NCBI GenBank assembly: GCA_002633005.1
Contig: NMRA01000112.1
Coordinates: 62,001 to 126,000, forward strand
Length of the DNA stretch: 64,000 bases
Direction: 5' to 3'
DNA from: Phoronis australis
Lineage: Eukaryota > Animalia > Phoronida
Part shown: piece after piece, positions 24,611 to 38,000 of the stretch
Position numbering within the stretch: position 1 is the stretch's first letter
How the letters are laid out: each line of letters begins with the position of its first letter
The notes under the pieces: model-generated
Told to the model about the DNA's origin: nothing
The model's input: only the letters and a program-made list of their open reading frames with translations
Database searches by the model: none
Position numbers and translations under genes: made by a program

Positions 24611-25914
24611 ATCTTTACATGGATAACATTCCCTGTAAATGGGTTATGTTTTGGATTCTTAAGAAGCTATCACATACTGTTATGTTTGCTAATATCTCAT
24701 TGTTTTCAGGTCTCCATTAACTTGGCGAAGTACTTGGAAGAACTAGACATCCAAAAATTTGCATCGAAACAATCACCCAGGGGTGGTATTGGGCTGTTTA
24801 CATCCACATGGCAGGTAGAGCTTCATATGTTTCATTGTTGAGTTAAAAATAGTGCTGCTATCAGGGTTTGGATTTGAAACAATATGAAATGTGTCCTTGG
24901 TTTAGCCAATGGGCTTATACTCTTTACCAAGCTCACTGATTCTTGTAGCCATTTGGTCAAGTCAATGTAAAGCTTCTTGGTTTTGCTATAAGTTTCAAAA
25001 AGTATACGCGGAAGTATGCATGTTAGATTAATCTTTCAGTTTTAACCCTGGTTGCGCCGGCTAAATGTCATGAAACATTAGTAAGAAGTTCTATGCTGGC
25101 TGGAGACAGCTATGCTCATTATGTAGAGTTGTGCATTTTCTTACCAGATTAACGAATTAAACAATGAAAGTTCATAAAAATAATGGGAGTTGTAGTTTAT
25201 TGCAGTTGCCAACAGTTTCATCATTTGATAAAAATATTAATTAATTTGTCACAGAACTTGAACTAAAAAGTTACAGAACATGATACCTGGTTAGCCTGAA
25301 GTCCAAATTTTATTAACACATTAAGTTTTGTCATATGCCTGGTTTGTTCTAGATTGTGATAGCATGATAGGTGACCATGTGCATGTTTTGTATTCAAGTT
25401 GTAGAGAATAAAATTGTTTTGAATGTCGCGAATCCAGGATTAAACCTTCATTCAAAACAGTATGTGGAAAACTGGCCCACTGCAGTGCATGCTTGAAGTA
25501 AACTTGCAGACTAGTCTTGCACTTGAATCCTGGAGAGTGATTGGTTAAATTTTGAGTTTGAAGACTATTTTCTAGGCTCTGTATATAAGTCAGGAAGTTT
25601 TACAAATCAGTGTTGTATAAACAGCACGATAAATATCCAGCAAGTTAAGTTGTCTTATACTGATAGCTTTTACCCATCTGTTATTAAAATTTGTTGTCTT
25701 TATTTCAGAGTGTGCCTTCAACAATCGTTGGATAAAGAAAGGCTACCCAGACAACACAACGTACGCACTTATGAACTGCAGCTCATGAACCTATGAATTC
25801 AGTTACCTGAGATCAGAAACGTGTGTTTGTAGTCACAAAACATGGATTATTTGCCTGTAAAGCTAAGCGAGCAGATCTAGCTAAAGAAGATTAAGTGGCT
25901 TGTGGTCTAGCATA

Positions 25915-26412
25915 GGGCCCTTTCACATTGACTTAACTCTTGTCTGAGCGGAGCATCGGCGTATACAGCGAAGTTAACTGGACCGTTCATTCTGGCTTCG
26001 GTAGTTAATGAACTTCGAAGTAAGCAGTAGGTGACGCTGTCGTGATCGAAGGTATCGCAAGGTAGCACTGCACGCTAAGATGTGACAACCTGGGAACATT
26101 TGCATGTGTTAATTTGACATAAAACTTATTTTTAAATTGATTGGTGATTGTTAGAGCAAGGAATAAGCAACTATTAGCCATCACACTACTATGCAATTGT
26201 TAATGATATCAGTGGCCCCTGGCAATAACTTCGATAGGACCGAAGTTGATCGTTTATACTGCGTGGCAGCGTTGACGCTAAGCAATTAAATCCACCTGTT
26301 TAGTGCGAAGTTAATTGGCGCTGTTAACTTCCTTCCAGGACGAACGTTTAAACGTTCATACTGACATTAACTCCCAAAAACTTCGACGCGTCGATGTTAG
26401 TATGAAAGGCCC
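25915..26412. mobile_element. About 500-bp PIF/Harbinger-like non-autonomous element
   Basis: Imperfect TIRs GGGCCCTTTCACATTGAC / GGGCCTTTCATACTAAC; the target duplication is not clean. Confidence 0.4.
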
Positions 26413-27281
26413 TATAGATATGTGTATGAAGTTCAGTAGCTTTAAATTAAAGAAAAAAGAATATTTTTGTGGCCAAAGGTCTAAGTTTTCTAATTTCCAT
26501 CTCGTATAACCAGGTTGTACTTAGGGTTACTTTTAATGAAACTTGTTCACACCATGGAGTGTATTGGATTTACTGTTATTATGATTGTCAACAAAACGAA
26601 ACGACATTTAAATTGATATTTTTAAGGTTAAAAACAATTATAGGTGATTCTAAGCACTATTTCTATTTCTAGCATAAGGATTGTACTTCCCAAATTCAGA
26701 CCTGTGGCCATTGTCGATAAACTTTTAGTTACCTTTTACTTTTTATGTTATGCTTTTGTCTCTGCGGATATTCTTGGATTTTGCATATTAAGTGATTTGT
26801 TATTCTTGGTGTCATTACTGTAATTTTAGTTGAAAAAGTCTGCTGTTGAAACGTAGACTTTTGTTGTAGTCATTCCTGGCTATGTAATCACATTTTCTTT
26901 GGTTGTGTTTCATGATTTGGTAGTGATTCCTCTGTTTGTGCATTCCATTTTGCTCCCTCAGTTATCGCATAATTGTCATAGACTGAGAACGATGCAAATA
27001 TGAATATATCATTAGCCTCATTTAGTTTTCGCTGCATTGTATGCAGGTTTTTAAGATTTTGATATTTCACTTATGTTCACTTATTTTAAGGAACTAGTGT
27101 ATTTTAAGAAGTGCATTTTATTTTCTGCAATTAATCACTGTTAATGAAATGTTAATAGAACTCTAGTTTGTTAAATCTTTATGAGAATCATTAAATTTGT
27201 TGCTGTACTCCACTCTTGTTTTAGTGAAAGTCGAAATTTTGAAATGCCTGTCCTATTGAAACTTACCGGTATTGCTCTTAG

Positions 27282-27612
27282 AAAACTTCAGTTTTCAAAA
27301 GCTAGTTCCTTGAAAACTTATGTTCGGAAAGCTTAGTTTTCAAAAACTTCAGTTTTGATGACTTATGTTTGGTACTAAAAACTTGTTCCAAAACTTAAGT
27401 TTTTCAAAACCTTAAGTTTCTGAAACTTAAGTTTTCCAAAAACTTGTATTTTGGAAAAAGTTTTTTGGAACGAACTTAAGATTTTAAAACTTAAGTTTTT
27501 CAGAACTTAAGTTTTTGAAAAACTTAAGTTTTCGCCAAAAACTTAAGTTTTCGTGAATGAAAACTTAAGTTTTTCAGACCGAAAACTTAAGTTTTTCGAT
27601 GAAAACTTAAGT
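27282..27612. repeat. Tandem array built on the 14-bp palindrome AAAACTTAAGTTTT
   Basis: Well-preserved units at about 27390-27612 and decayed units to the left; spacing is irregular, roughly 16-26 bp. Confidence 0.85.
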
Positions 27613-27689
27613 TCATTTTTGTAAGGGTCGGTAACCCTCCACTGCTTTGTACGTTGCGTGGACGGGTAGTGCTGCGTTCTTCACATGAA

Positions 27690-28067
27690 CGAGCTAGCCA
27701 AGTACGGCGAAGTCTGTCATCCTTCGGAAAGCGACGCAAGGTACCTAAAGCGCGTGTGAGACGATAATGAGTACATCCCGGCAGGCAGCAACAGCGTAAC
27801 ATGTTGACTGACTTGTAAACAAAAGCAAACGACGACCGAACTTATCACAACCGAGGTAGACCAATGACTGACTCGACAGCTCTCACAGTCGGACTATAAT
27901 GAAAAGAAATTGGCGCGAAACTGTTGCATCCCAAAACGTCACTTCCGGAGTAGAAGACGAGAAATTAATCAAATTACGAAAAGCTGTAATTAAGTGAAAA
28001 ATGTGTCTGGGATAATCAACGAACCTTATTTTTGCTAAAAGTGACTTGAAAAAGGTTGCTTTCGCCT
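27690..28067 (-). mobile_element. Left end of the Kolobok-like THAP element (copy 3) with THAP N-terminal half
   Basis: The terminus reads TTAA|AGGCGAAAGCAACC on the minus strand; ATG 27802 gives MLRCCCLPGCTHYRLTRALGTLRRFPKDDRLRRTWLAR. Confidence 0.8.
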
Positions 28068-29086
28068 TTAATGGAGGGCGTCGGTCATTGATACTCAGCA
28101 AGCGCGTTTCGCTGTCTTAGTCGGACTTGCGTTTTATGAACATTTGATCTGTGGTCTGCAACACAAGTCAAAATGGTCCCCCTGGGTGGGCATTTTGCCA
28201 AAGGGCTGTGAACAACTTGAGACACAGGTTACGAACTGTTACTCCGTAGATACTCAGTACCCATAGTCTATGGTATGATGCCGTGTGTGAACTTGGAATC
28301 CTGCTTAATTTCAAGATCGCGTATGCGTCAGCTTGGAATTGAATATTCATTTGGGCAATCAGGTGAATCTTTTGTTTAGGTTAAAGGATTTTTTTTTAAT
28401 TACTGGCCTTATGGTCACCCATTTACTCCTTTATGGCCTAACTTGTGTCAAAGAATCGGAAGAATATGTGGATAGTGGTTAAATAAATTATTGTTTGTGA
28501 ATAAGATCGCCAATAGTTGGAAAATACTTTATTTTATTAACATGTAATTTGATTTAGTGCAGTGCAAGTGTTTATCAACGTGAGCGTGATTATTTGAATG
28601 AACTTTTCAAGTTTCCTCGTGCATTCCAAGTTCGCGCACAGCAGTTGCACTTGTCCGTGGGAGCGGGACAATGTCAACGAGCCAATCCGCCGCTCCCCTT
28701 GTCCGTCTGCAAGTTAACGATAAAAGCTCGATAGGTAGCGCCCTTATCTAACCAACAAGGCTGCATTTACCGCGGGTAAGTACCAGAAAAACGAACGTTC
28801 AGACAACATTTTAGTTCTTAAAACTCTGAATAGGTAAGCTTAGTGCTGCATTAAAATACACATTATGTTTTTTGGAGTTGCAATTTACATTCGGTTGCAG
28901 ACTTTTCAAAACAATGCTACAGTGAAATTCGCTTTTTGATGACACCCTCCACAACGTAAACAGTTTTGACAATTTCCGGTCGGTCGCTAGTCGCGAGTCG
29001 TGTCGTTAAACTTCATCATCTATTGCCATTCACATTTGACTCTCACAACTGATGTTCGTAATATTCATTAACGCGTGGCCGATAAA

Positions 29087-32000
29087 ATGACAATTTCAGG
29101 AGCGACTTCTGGGGTCGGATCCAAAAGTTCTGTGAGGATCCTCGCCAACATCTTCATCACGTTTATCGGGGCGGGGGTCCTCGGTTTGCCGTACGCTTTT
29201 AAAGAGGTGAGTTTCTGCCTTGAGTCAATGCAGGAATTTCGTATTTAATTATTTCGTTTCTCGTTGCTGTAGTACCTGAGGGAATGCCTCACTTAGATTC
29301 AAACTTGTACGCCCAGCTGTAGACAGTATCACCCGTAGAGTTGATGTCAGGCACTCTGTTAGGCAACAAGTAGTCCCTCGGTTGGCCGGAGGCTATACTT
29401 TCCATCGCTTTCTGTACACATTTCATCCCGTGTATTTTAAACGTTCGGTAGGCCAAATCCGGCCACCGAGTTGGAGTTTTCACCTCATCAAAAATACATT
29501 CCATACTCAAAACTATCACTTAAAAATGAGGTTACTTTCTTCAGTGATCCTTCGTACTTCTACACATATCTTCAATGAAGCATATCTACTAGAATTAAGG
29601 TGGCTTTGGAGAAGAATTCCAACTCCACTTTTTGGTCACCGTTAAATTTTTCACCGCGCGTGCGCGATAACCAAAAAATATTTCAACTGAGTCACGTGAG
29701 TTAGGCTAAGGCTAGCGCGAGACTGAGCGAAGCGCGTGACCTGGCGCGTGACACTTAGAAAATAGCATGGGAAGATATCAGGTGGAATTTGTGAGTTTTG
29801 TGTCCCTTGGACTTTTTGTTCATTAACAGGCATAATTTCTCTTAACTTCCTCAAAATGGCACCCGGTAAGAGCAACTCAAGCGAACCGCCGACAGATTTT
29901 CATGGATATATTCAAGTTATATTGACTAAATTGTATTCAGAGTAATGGTATGTGTTAATTATAACTCCATGTGCATTTATGCCTGTTTCATTCGAGTTTA
30001 TTTGCTGTAATGTGTAGCTTTTTATGGGGATGTACTATCGCCCCTGTATGCCTTGCGGCATCCAGGGCGATGTAATTGCCTAGCCCTCCATCTAATATGC
30101 AGCCGCAGGAATCTTTTTTGGTGAATTATGCATCACACTGAGTAAACCATAAAGTCATGTTGTTGTAAGTACCATCTGCACATAGGACACCTTAGGAGGA
30201 TGTTGATGTCTTTAACTCTTCCTAGCTTGAACAAATACTCCTGCAATCAATGTCATATCCCCTGACGCAAGTAGTCTAAAAATGACCTGTTGCAGATAGT
30301 TTGATTACAGAGTATTTGTTCAAGCTAGGAAGATTTAAACCCATCAGTGGCCTCCTAAGGTATCCTTTTGTGCACAAAAGGTATTTATATTAGTTGTTTA
30401 TCATGACTCAGATGGAGATACAATGTCATATTCCCTGCGCCGAAAACTTTTGACATATGAAAAGCCTATGGGGTAGTCCCCTTCTCTGCGGCAGCCAGTT
30501 GAGATGGTGGTATTGTCTACCGGATAGACACTAACACCCGGCTGAACCTGTTGTCAGAATGTGTAAACTGAAAGTCAAAACTGACCAGTAGTACCGTGTT
30601 CGCCGTAATAACCGCCCATGCCCCTATAAGCGCCCCCCACGCGTTTTCAGACTTTGCTGAAATAAGCGCCCAGTCCATGAACGTGTACGTGCGAACAATG
30701 ACGTACCTACAGTCCTAAAACTCGGCTACAATAACGTCTTCAATTTATCAAAAAATTTTTGCACGGGTCTTCCAGACCATCAGCGGCACTGCTACGTTTG
30801 TATTTAGACGTGACTATACACTTCAAAGTAACGCAGCGCTTCAAAAAGCGTTGCTACTCTCGCGACGACCGTGTCCCACTATGGTCTGACCTTTCAGTAC
30901 AGACACATCGACTGTCTCACGAATAAAAATAACTCGGTGTTAAACGCACATGGCCGGGAAGCACGCGCTACATATATGAACCTGTCATCAAAGACATGGG
31001 AACTATCCATTCATGAAACGGGTAGCATAGCATCGGTAAGAAATGAATATTGGGACTAATTTCTGACAATGGCTAATACTATAAAACATGTTTGCATTAT
31101 TTTTGAGATAGATTGTTTGATTAACCATAATTGGTGTTTTTAAGCTGAGTATCCGATAAAATGACAACTGACAGTGAATGCTTACACACCCTTACACCGA
31201 AAAATAACTGTCAGATAGTTACATGTACGTACGCATCCAGCTACACGTCGACTAATATGGGCCTTACCGAGACAAATGTCGAACGTTTTTAGCACATAAG
31301 GCCGGCAAGTGCTGAATGAAACACGCTCTGGTTTAGGTCTACTGCTTGTGCAAATTTCTTTAGACACAACCAATACACATCTAACTCATTAGATTGCGTG
31401 GCTCTGGCCAAAAGACGGTCTCTGCTTTGGCAAATGAACTCTGGTGACATGCACGCGCTCGCATAAAATGCAGACGAACTTCAAAACAAATGTCACGTGA
31501 CAACAACATGTGTGTTCGTCCAGACATTTTTCTCGCCGTGTTGTCGATCATACATGTAGATGGCACGATGTTGCACAGATTTGTACTTAAACCTGCCATT
31601 AATCCAGACTCCACGGGAACTTTAAAAAAATCTTAGAGACGTTAGAAAACTACTGAAGATTTCAGGTAATTTGCTTGAGTCGAAACTATTTTTATTCAGG
31701 CATTGAAGTCGCCATATCGAAGACGGCGATTTCGAGGCAGTCGGCAAGTTTTCGTCCTGGGATTTCAGCACAATTTTCTGTGAAATGATCGTAATTAAGT
31801 AGCAAAGTTTGATAGCAATGCACATTTTTGTTGAAAGTCTTTCATAGATTACAGATACGTCACAGAGCGTACATTTTGATGAATCTCCGATTTCACCCGT
31901 TTCGGAGACCGGTTTTCAACCGCCTAGGGTTATAATAAGCGCCCCCCTGAACCGAACTTTTCTAAGCGCCCTGGGCGGTTATTACGGCAAATACGATAGA

Positions 32001-35000
32001 CATTTGAGAAAGTGTAATGTCAAAATTTGTTTGTGGGCATGGGGTAGAATTTTGGTTCAGCGATTTCCTTGGTGTTTTTTGCCCTTTGAACAATTCACTG
32101 CAACGTAAATGCTTGAAATAGAGAACGGACCTTTTTTCATAGAAAAACCAACATTCTCCTAATGCATAGCTGCAAAGTGACTTTTCTTTTTGTCAAAAAT
32201 GCACTTTAAAATGAGTGGTAAAAAGGAAATGGAAAACTGCTCGCTGTAATAACTACTTTATCTAAAGTAAAAGCGAAGGGTAGTTTGGCTTCAAAATCAG
32301 GTCTAGTCGGATGGATAATCTTAGTACATACTGGCACTGTACTTTTATTGGTGGTCTTACCTAACACTATTACAGTGCAATAGAAGTTTTATAAGTCTAG
32401 TTCCCCATGACCCTCCAGTTATATGTAATCCTTGTGTGGCTAACTTGCCTACTCAAAGTCACTTCTGCGAGCTCGAGATACGTTTTGATTGAATGTGAAA
32501 CCTCGAAACCCAATGAAATGAAACTTACCACTACAATTATTAATGAGCTGGCATTTTTGAGATTCTTTGTCCTTTGTAGTATGATTAAGTTGGCCAACCA
32601 TGTTTTCTTATGATCAAGTGTCACTACTTATTTTGGACAGATAACATCATTTGCATACTTTAAATGAAGGAAATTATGAAGTTTTATCAGCAAGTCAATT
32701 ACAAGGATTTTGAGAACCAGTTCCATACTTGTTATTCAGAAGAGAAAACTGGTTTTCAAAATGCAGGACTTGTATATTGAGTGACTATTACTGTTTTGTC
32801 AGAATATTTGTAATTGGTCTATTATTCACCATCAACGTGTGTCCTAGATTGAAATCGAAGTCTCAGATATTGCTTGCAAGATTCTTGTTGTAGAATTCAA
32901 CTATTGTCAATCATATTTACTTGTTAGACAAAGATCACTTGTTAGACATAACATTAAGATCACTTGTTAGATCACTTGTTACACACAATATTCACTTTAT
33001 GTTGCTATATATAGACATACATTATTCAGATAGTGTAGTTCGACATGAAAGTTACTTATTCATTAATAACATCTGAAATAGTTAATACACAATATTATTT
33101 AGATCATGGCAGACTAAACTGTCCAACTTTGGGTCCCACAATACCCAAAACTGTCCAACTGTGGGTTCCAAAATACCCAAAACGGGGTTTAACAACTGGT
33201 GTCCATTGATATTTTAGCACCCAATACGTCCGACAAATGAAATTTCATAAGATTTTTCCACAAAAATAAAACTTATGAAAACTCAAATGACTTTTCTTAA
33301 AAGGATACCAAACCCTGTTTTGGCCAGTGAACTGATACTAAAGACAACATTCTCATCCAGTTCTCTGAAACAATGCTCTGTAACCCTCGTCAGTCCCCAA
33401 AAGTTTGGAGGAAAATTTGAAAACTCCTTTCAAAGTTTACTAAATAGGCAAGCGTGACCTAACCTTTTAGTAAATTACACGGCAAATGTGGGGAAAGACC
33501 ACCCACCAAGGACCATAACGTCCAATCTGTGACAATTAGGGAGTATGAGTTTAAATTGATTCCTGCCTTTAACTTGGAAGATTGACGCCAATGATGCACA
33601 AGCAGGTGACAAAATGAGGATTGGTTGAAATAATCAAAACAGGGTTTATAGTACTTATCCTTTTAACCTTTGGAATATAAATTTACATCTTCTGTATAAC
33701 CCAAATAGCACTTATCGTTACGATCATTTTTAAAAAGAATTACAAAAAGTATTTATAGATTTAAGGTTTAATTCCCAATGCTTATCAATGTCCTGTCACA
33801 TATTTATAATATAAATTTATAAATGCTTCGATGTCCTCACGGCCTTAAGTGCAAAACATCACTTTTTTGTTACTGTATATTATTTGCATCAATTTCATGC
33901 TTCTCTGACATTGTCCATCCACCTCAAGTTATTCGTGACAATGCAAACATAATTTAAAGGTTCGTTTTCAGTTTTATGGCTGAAAATGCATTTGGATTAT
34001 TGTTGGATGGAATAAACTTTTTGATGTTATTAGATTTGATTAGAGCTAAAAATAGAAAATTTGTTGCGTTTTTGTGATTTGCTTACGGATCACTAATTCT
34101 GGCGTCCGTCTGCTACGTATTTGCTGAAATGAAGCTGGTGTCTTCAGCAGTTAAACGTGCCATTTATTGAGTATGGTTAACTAATTACTTACATGTAGCT
34201 CTGCCAGCAGAGCGTTAGATTGCGAGGGCAAGAACTGCATGTTTGATTCGTCGTTGAGACCGTTCTCAGAAAATTAGTAGGGTTCTTGAACAAATAAATA
34301 GTTGACTTATTGGTTGTAAAACCTAATTTTATATTTTGTATGGCAACTAGATTTTTGTTGCACAGTTCTGGGAAACACAATCTTTTATCTCTCATGTTAC
34401 TGATATGTGTTATCTTAAAATGTGACATTGTGTAAATAGATCTTGATTGTATTAAATCCGTGCAAACAAAGACTAACTTTTCATATAATATATTGAACTT
34501 TTGTTCAATTACACCTGTAAAAAGCACATAGTTTCGCTTTTCATATACTGAAAGTTTGATAATTACAAATTTGTTTAGGAAGATTTATAACTATGGCATT
34601 CTTGCTCAATGCTCCATTTAGAGTTCATATGCTGCAGTCATATTTTGAGAGCTTTAAGTGGGCAATTAGATAAGGTCGGAAGATGAGGTGAAGTCTGACA
34701 TTCTTTGTTGAAGAACTTCCCCTTGATACAGCTGAACCCCATAGTGGGAGGGGCCTGTCTAGTGCTTCCTTGGGTTCAAGTGATTCACTTTCATATTGCT
34801 TGGCCGTGGTCACTACAACTGCCTGGATATGATTTTTATTTGCCATACCTGTCACCTGTATTATTTTAATGTACTGTCTCATAGAGGTTAGATGAAATAA
34901 ACAGTTTAAGCAAACAATAATATAATTGCCATTTCCTTATCCAGCCGGATAGCTATCTTTGAATCAAATTTACATGTTGAGTAATGTTTTACTGCGATGA

Positions 35001-38000
35001 TCTGTATTCAAGATTGAAGAGGTTCTTTTACTGACACGTTATCCCACTTCAGTGTGTAGTCAACTCACATAATATTTGAAAATTGTGCCCCTTCTAAGGA
35101 GTACTCAACTATCTTGCTGGGATGAAGCCATGAAATTAGGATATACCAACCCATTTAGGGAGTTTTAGGCTTGTGTTCCACCTTTTGTTCAACTTGTCAT
35201 TTCTTTTCGGAATTTTTACAGAGTGGAAGAGATACCATGTTGTTAATTTAAATAAGTACATCTTGGAAATAGCTGTAGGTTATTGTAGTTGGATAAGGGA
35301 CTCTTTTGTTGACAAGTAAATCAGAAAAGGCATCCTTTTGTAGGAAATTTTGTTAGGAAAGGCACTTTTTCATAGGGAAACGGGGTGAGGAAGTCACCCA
35401 TCAGTGTGGCACGCCCTGTTTAACATTCTAAAGTTTACACTACTTATAATCCTTATCAACTATGTTGACACTTTACAAAACATAATCATGTAATCTTAGT
35501 CATTGAGTAATGTTCATAGGGTAATCCCAAATTACAAAAGCAGCCTACAGTGAACTTGTGTGAAGTTTGAAAATGAATACCAAATATGTTATGAAATGCG
35601 TGATTTGAAAGATAATGATTTTGATTACAGAAGTTTCCATTTTATTTCTACTTTAAGAATTCTGTTCAAATAATGGGTTCAGTTTTGTTAAATTTTTGTT
35701 AGTAAATATGTTTTGGTATCATGTATTAGTCAAAGTGCTGCAGAGTAGCACGGAGAACCATAATTGCCATTTTCCCATTTTTCAAAAGATGATTACTTTT
35801 TGCGAATTACAGAACCTTTCTTTACCAAATGGTGACACTAGTGCACTGCAAACTAAGCTCAGTAACAAGAGTCTAAAATTTTCTTAATATCTAATTCCTC
35901 TTACAAAACAAAATTTCGCTTGTCTGCCAAATATGTGAAGAATTACAGTGTACTAGTTTTGCCAACCTTTTCCCAAACACTCATTCCGGAATTTTCTAAC
36001 AATACATAATCTTGCTAACTATTTTCTGAATGTTCTACAATTTTTGCCACCCATACAGCTGTTTTCAGCTTAACACTCACTCCCTGATTGTTTTAGTTAA
36101 TGTCTCTTTAAATCTCCAGGACTTTAATTTTATTGTTGACTCTCCATGGTTTGCTTTTTCGACCTAGTGCTTACTCCCCCATTTTTGGTTATGGTAAATA
36201 TTCTTTAATTTTGGATAAAAAGCATTGCTTAATTACTATTTCTATTTTTCAGAGGTAAATGCTCAAAATTTCACAAAATGTTTGATCGTTTAGCAATAGC
36301 TACGCCACGATACCATGCTAAATGAATTTAATATATAATGATTTTCTTGGAAAGTTATTTTTGTTGAGAAAGGAAATTTCACCTGTCTGCTATAATGTGT
36401 CCTAAACTGAAGACTTTTTCAGTAATATCCCTTTATGTAATTTCATACTTTGAAAAATAATTGCAGGTGGTCTGGTACAGGTTGAACCAGACGTGTGCAG
36501 GCTGCTCAAGTGGGCCCATTGCAGTGATCACTGGAACCATTTTTATGCTTTATTAAATGTACATTAAAACCGAGCCGAGGAGCTAGAGACCTGATTCAAG
36601 GGTCTAGCAATGTACTCTAGTGGGACTCGAACCCACAACCTCGAGTAAAGGCAGCGAACACTTATCCCACTGGGCCACACTGCCTCCTCTAATTTCATAT
36701 TTTACTACATTGTCAATGTTTGTGTCTTTTTTCAGGCTGGTGTATTAGAAGGAATTCTGGTGATGTCCTTTGTTGGCGTGGTCAGGTGAGTGACATTAAT
36801 TTTTACATGCATGGCTTGGGCTCAGCAGACAGCAATGCACTAGTCTACATGACGTCAAGAAACCTTCGCTTATGAAATGGAAACAAGTGAATCCAATCCT
36901 AAAACTCATTCACTCGGTTTTGTATTAGCGTGATTTTGTGAAGTCTTGGGAGATCTTTCTTTTCCAACAAGGCAGTGTTATTGGACGCTCCCCTGGTAGG
37001 TGCTTATCAGCCCTGTATAGGTTCACTGTAACATGATGATAATCCAATTGTATTGCCTTGAGTATGAAAAATCTAAATGGATTCATGGACCATAAGTAGC
37101 ACAAAAGAGTTGACTACAACAAAGACAGGCTAAGAATGTTAAATTTCTATTATGTTGTAGACTAAAAGTCCCATTCTTATTGAGTATGTGCTGCTCATAT
37201 TTCTTGTAAGTGGTGATAGTTAAAAATCACTGAGCTACCTTATCGTTGAAGCCCCATCATGCATCACTCGGTAAACCATTGGTTTAGTTGTGATTTTCGG
37301 ATGGAACACTGTGCTTTGTTTTAGTAATATGGTGAGCTGGTGTCTCGAACTTGGCAGTCATGATAAAAGAATGCACGGAGTGCACTTCATTAGTCAACTG
37401 GAAGATTCCTCCCTGCTTATGTGATTTATCCAAGGTTGAAGCTTGTGACTTTGGCTTGACCTGATTAGCACTGTGTGGTCTTTGAGTTTGCTATGCACCC
37501 CCTTTAATTAGATTAGAAGCATAACTGGGCTTGAAATGAACTGAGTGTTGCTTGTGACCTGCATGCAGTAAGTGGGGTTGACAAGCTCCTCCTCATGGAA
37601 ATGGACATGTTCTGTGATGGAACACTAGATGGAGCTCACAGTTAGTGTAGTGTAGCAACTCTGCTAGTTTGACTCACAAATAGTTACCAAATTTGTATTT
37701 TCTCATTTTCCAAAGGTTGATTTTCTTGCTGCAAATAATGGAAGCTTTCAGCAAAATGTTCTTTAAACATCTACACAGTGCGAACCACGCAAGAGACACA
37801 CTAAAACTTTTAAGTCTTTATTTTTGGGGAAAATTTAAGAAAATGGAATTTCAGTTGTTGGGCATATTGTGTGCTAAATAATGAAGAATTAACATAGGCC
37901 GGAACTTGAAATAAATCATCGTTTTTAAAATGGTCATCAAATTGTTAACATGAGAACGTGGATTGGTTTCATTAAATCCAGCGTATAATGCTTTAAACTC

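Noticed and set aside
28620-28781. Possible promoter and non-coding first exon of the transporter (CCAAT at about 28682, CGG|GTAAGT donor near 28775)
   Set aside because: Plausible, but short motifs alone cannot support a call without transcript data.
36615-36687. Possible tRNA gene
   Set aside because: A and B boxes are present, but no acceptor stem or anticodon arm could be folded; treated as a SINE head.
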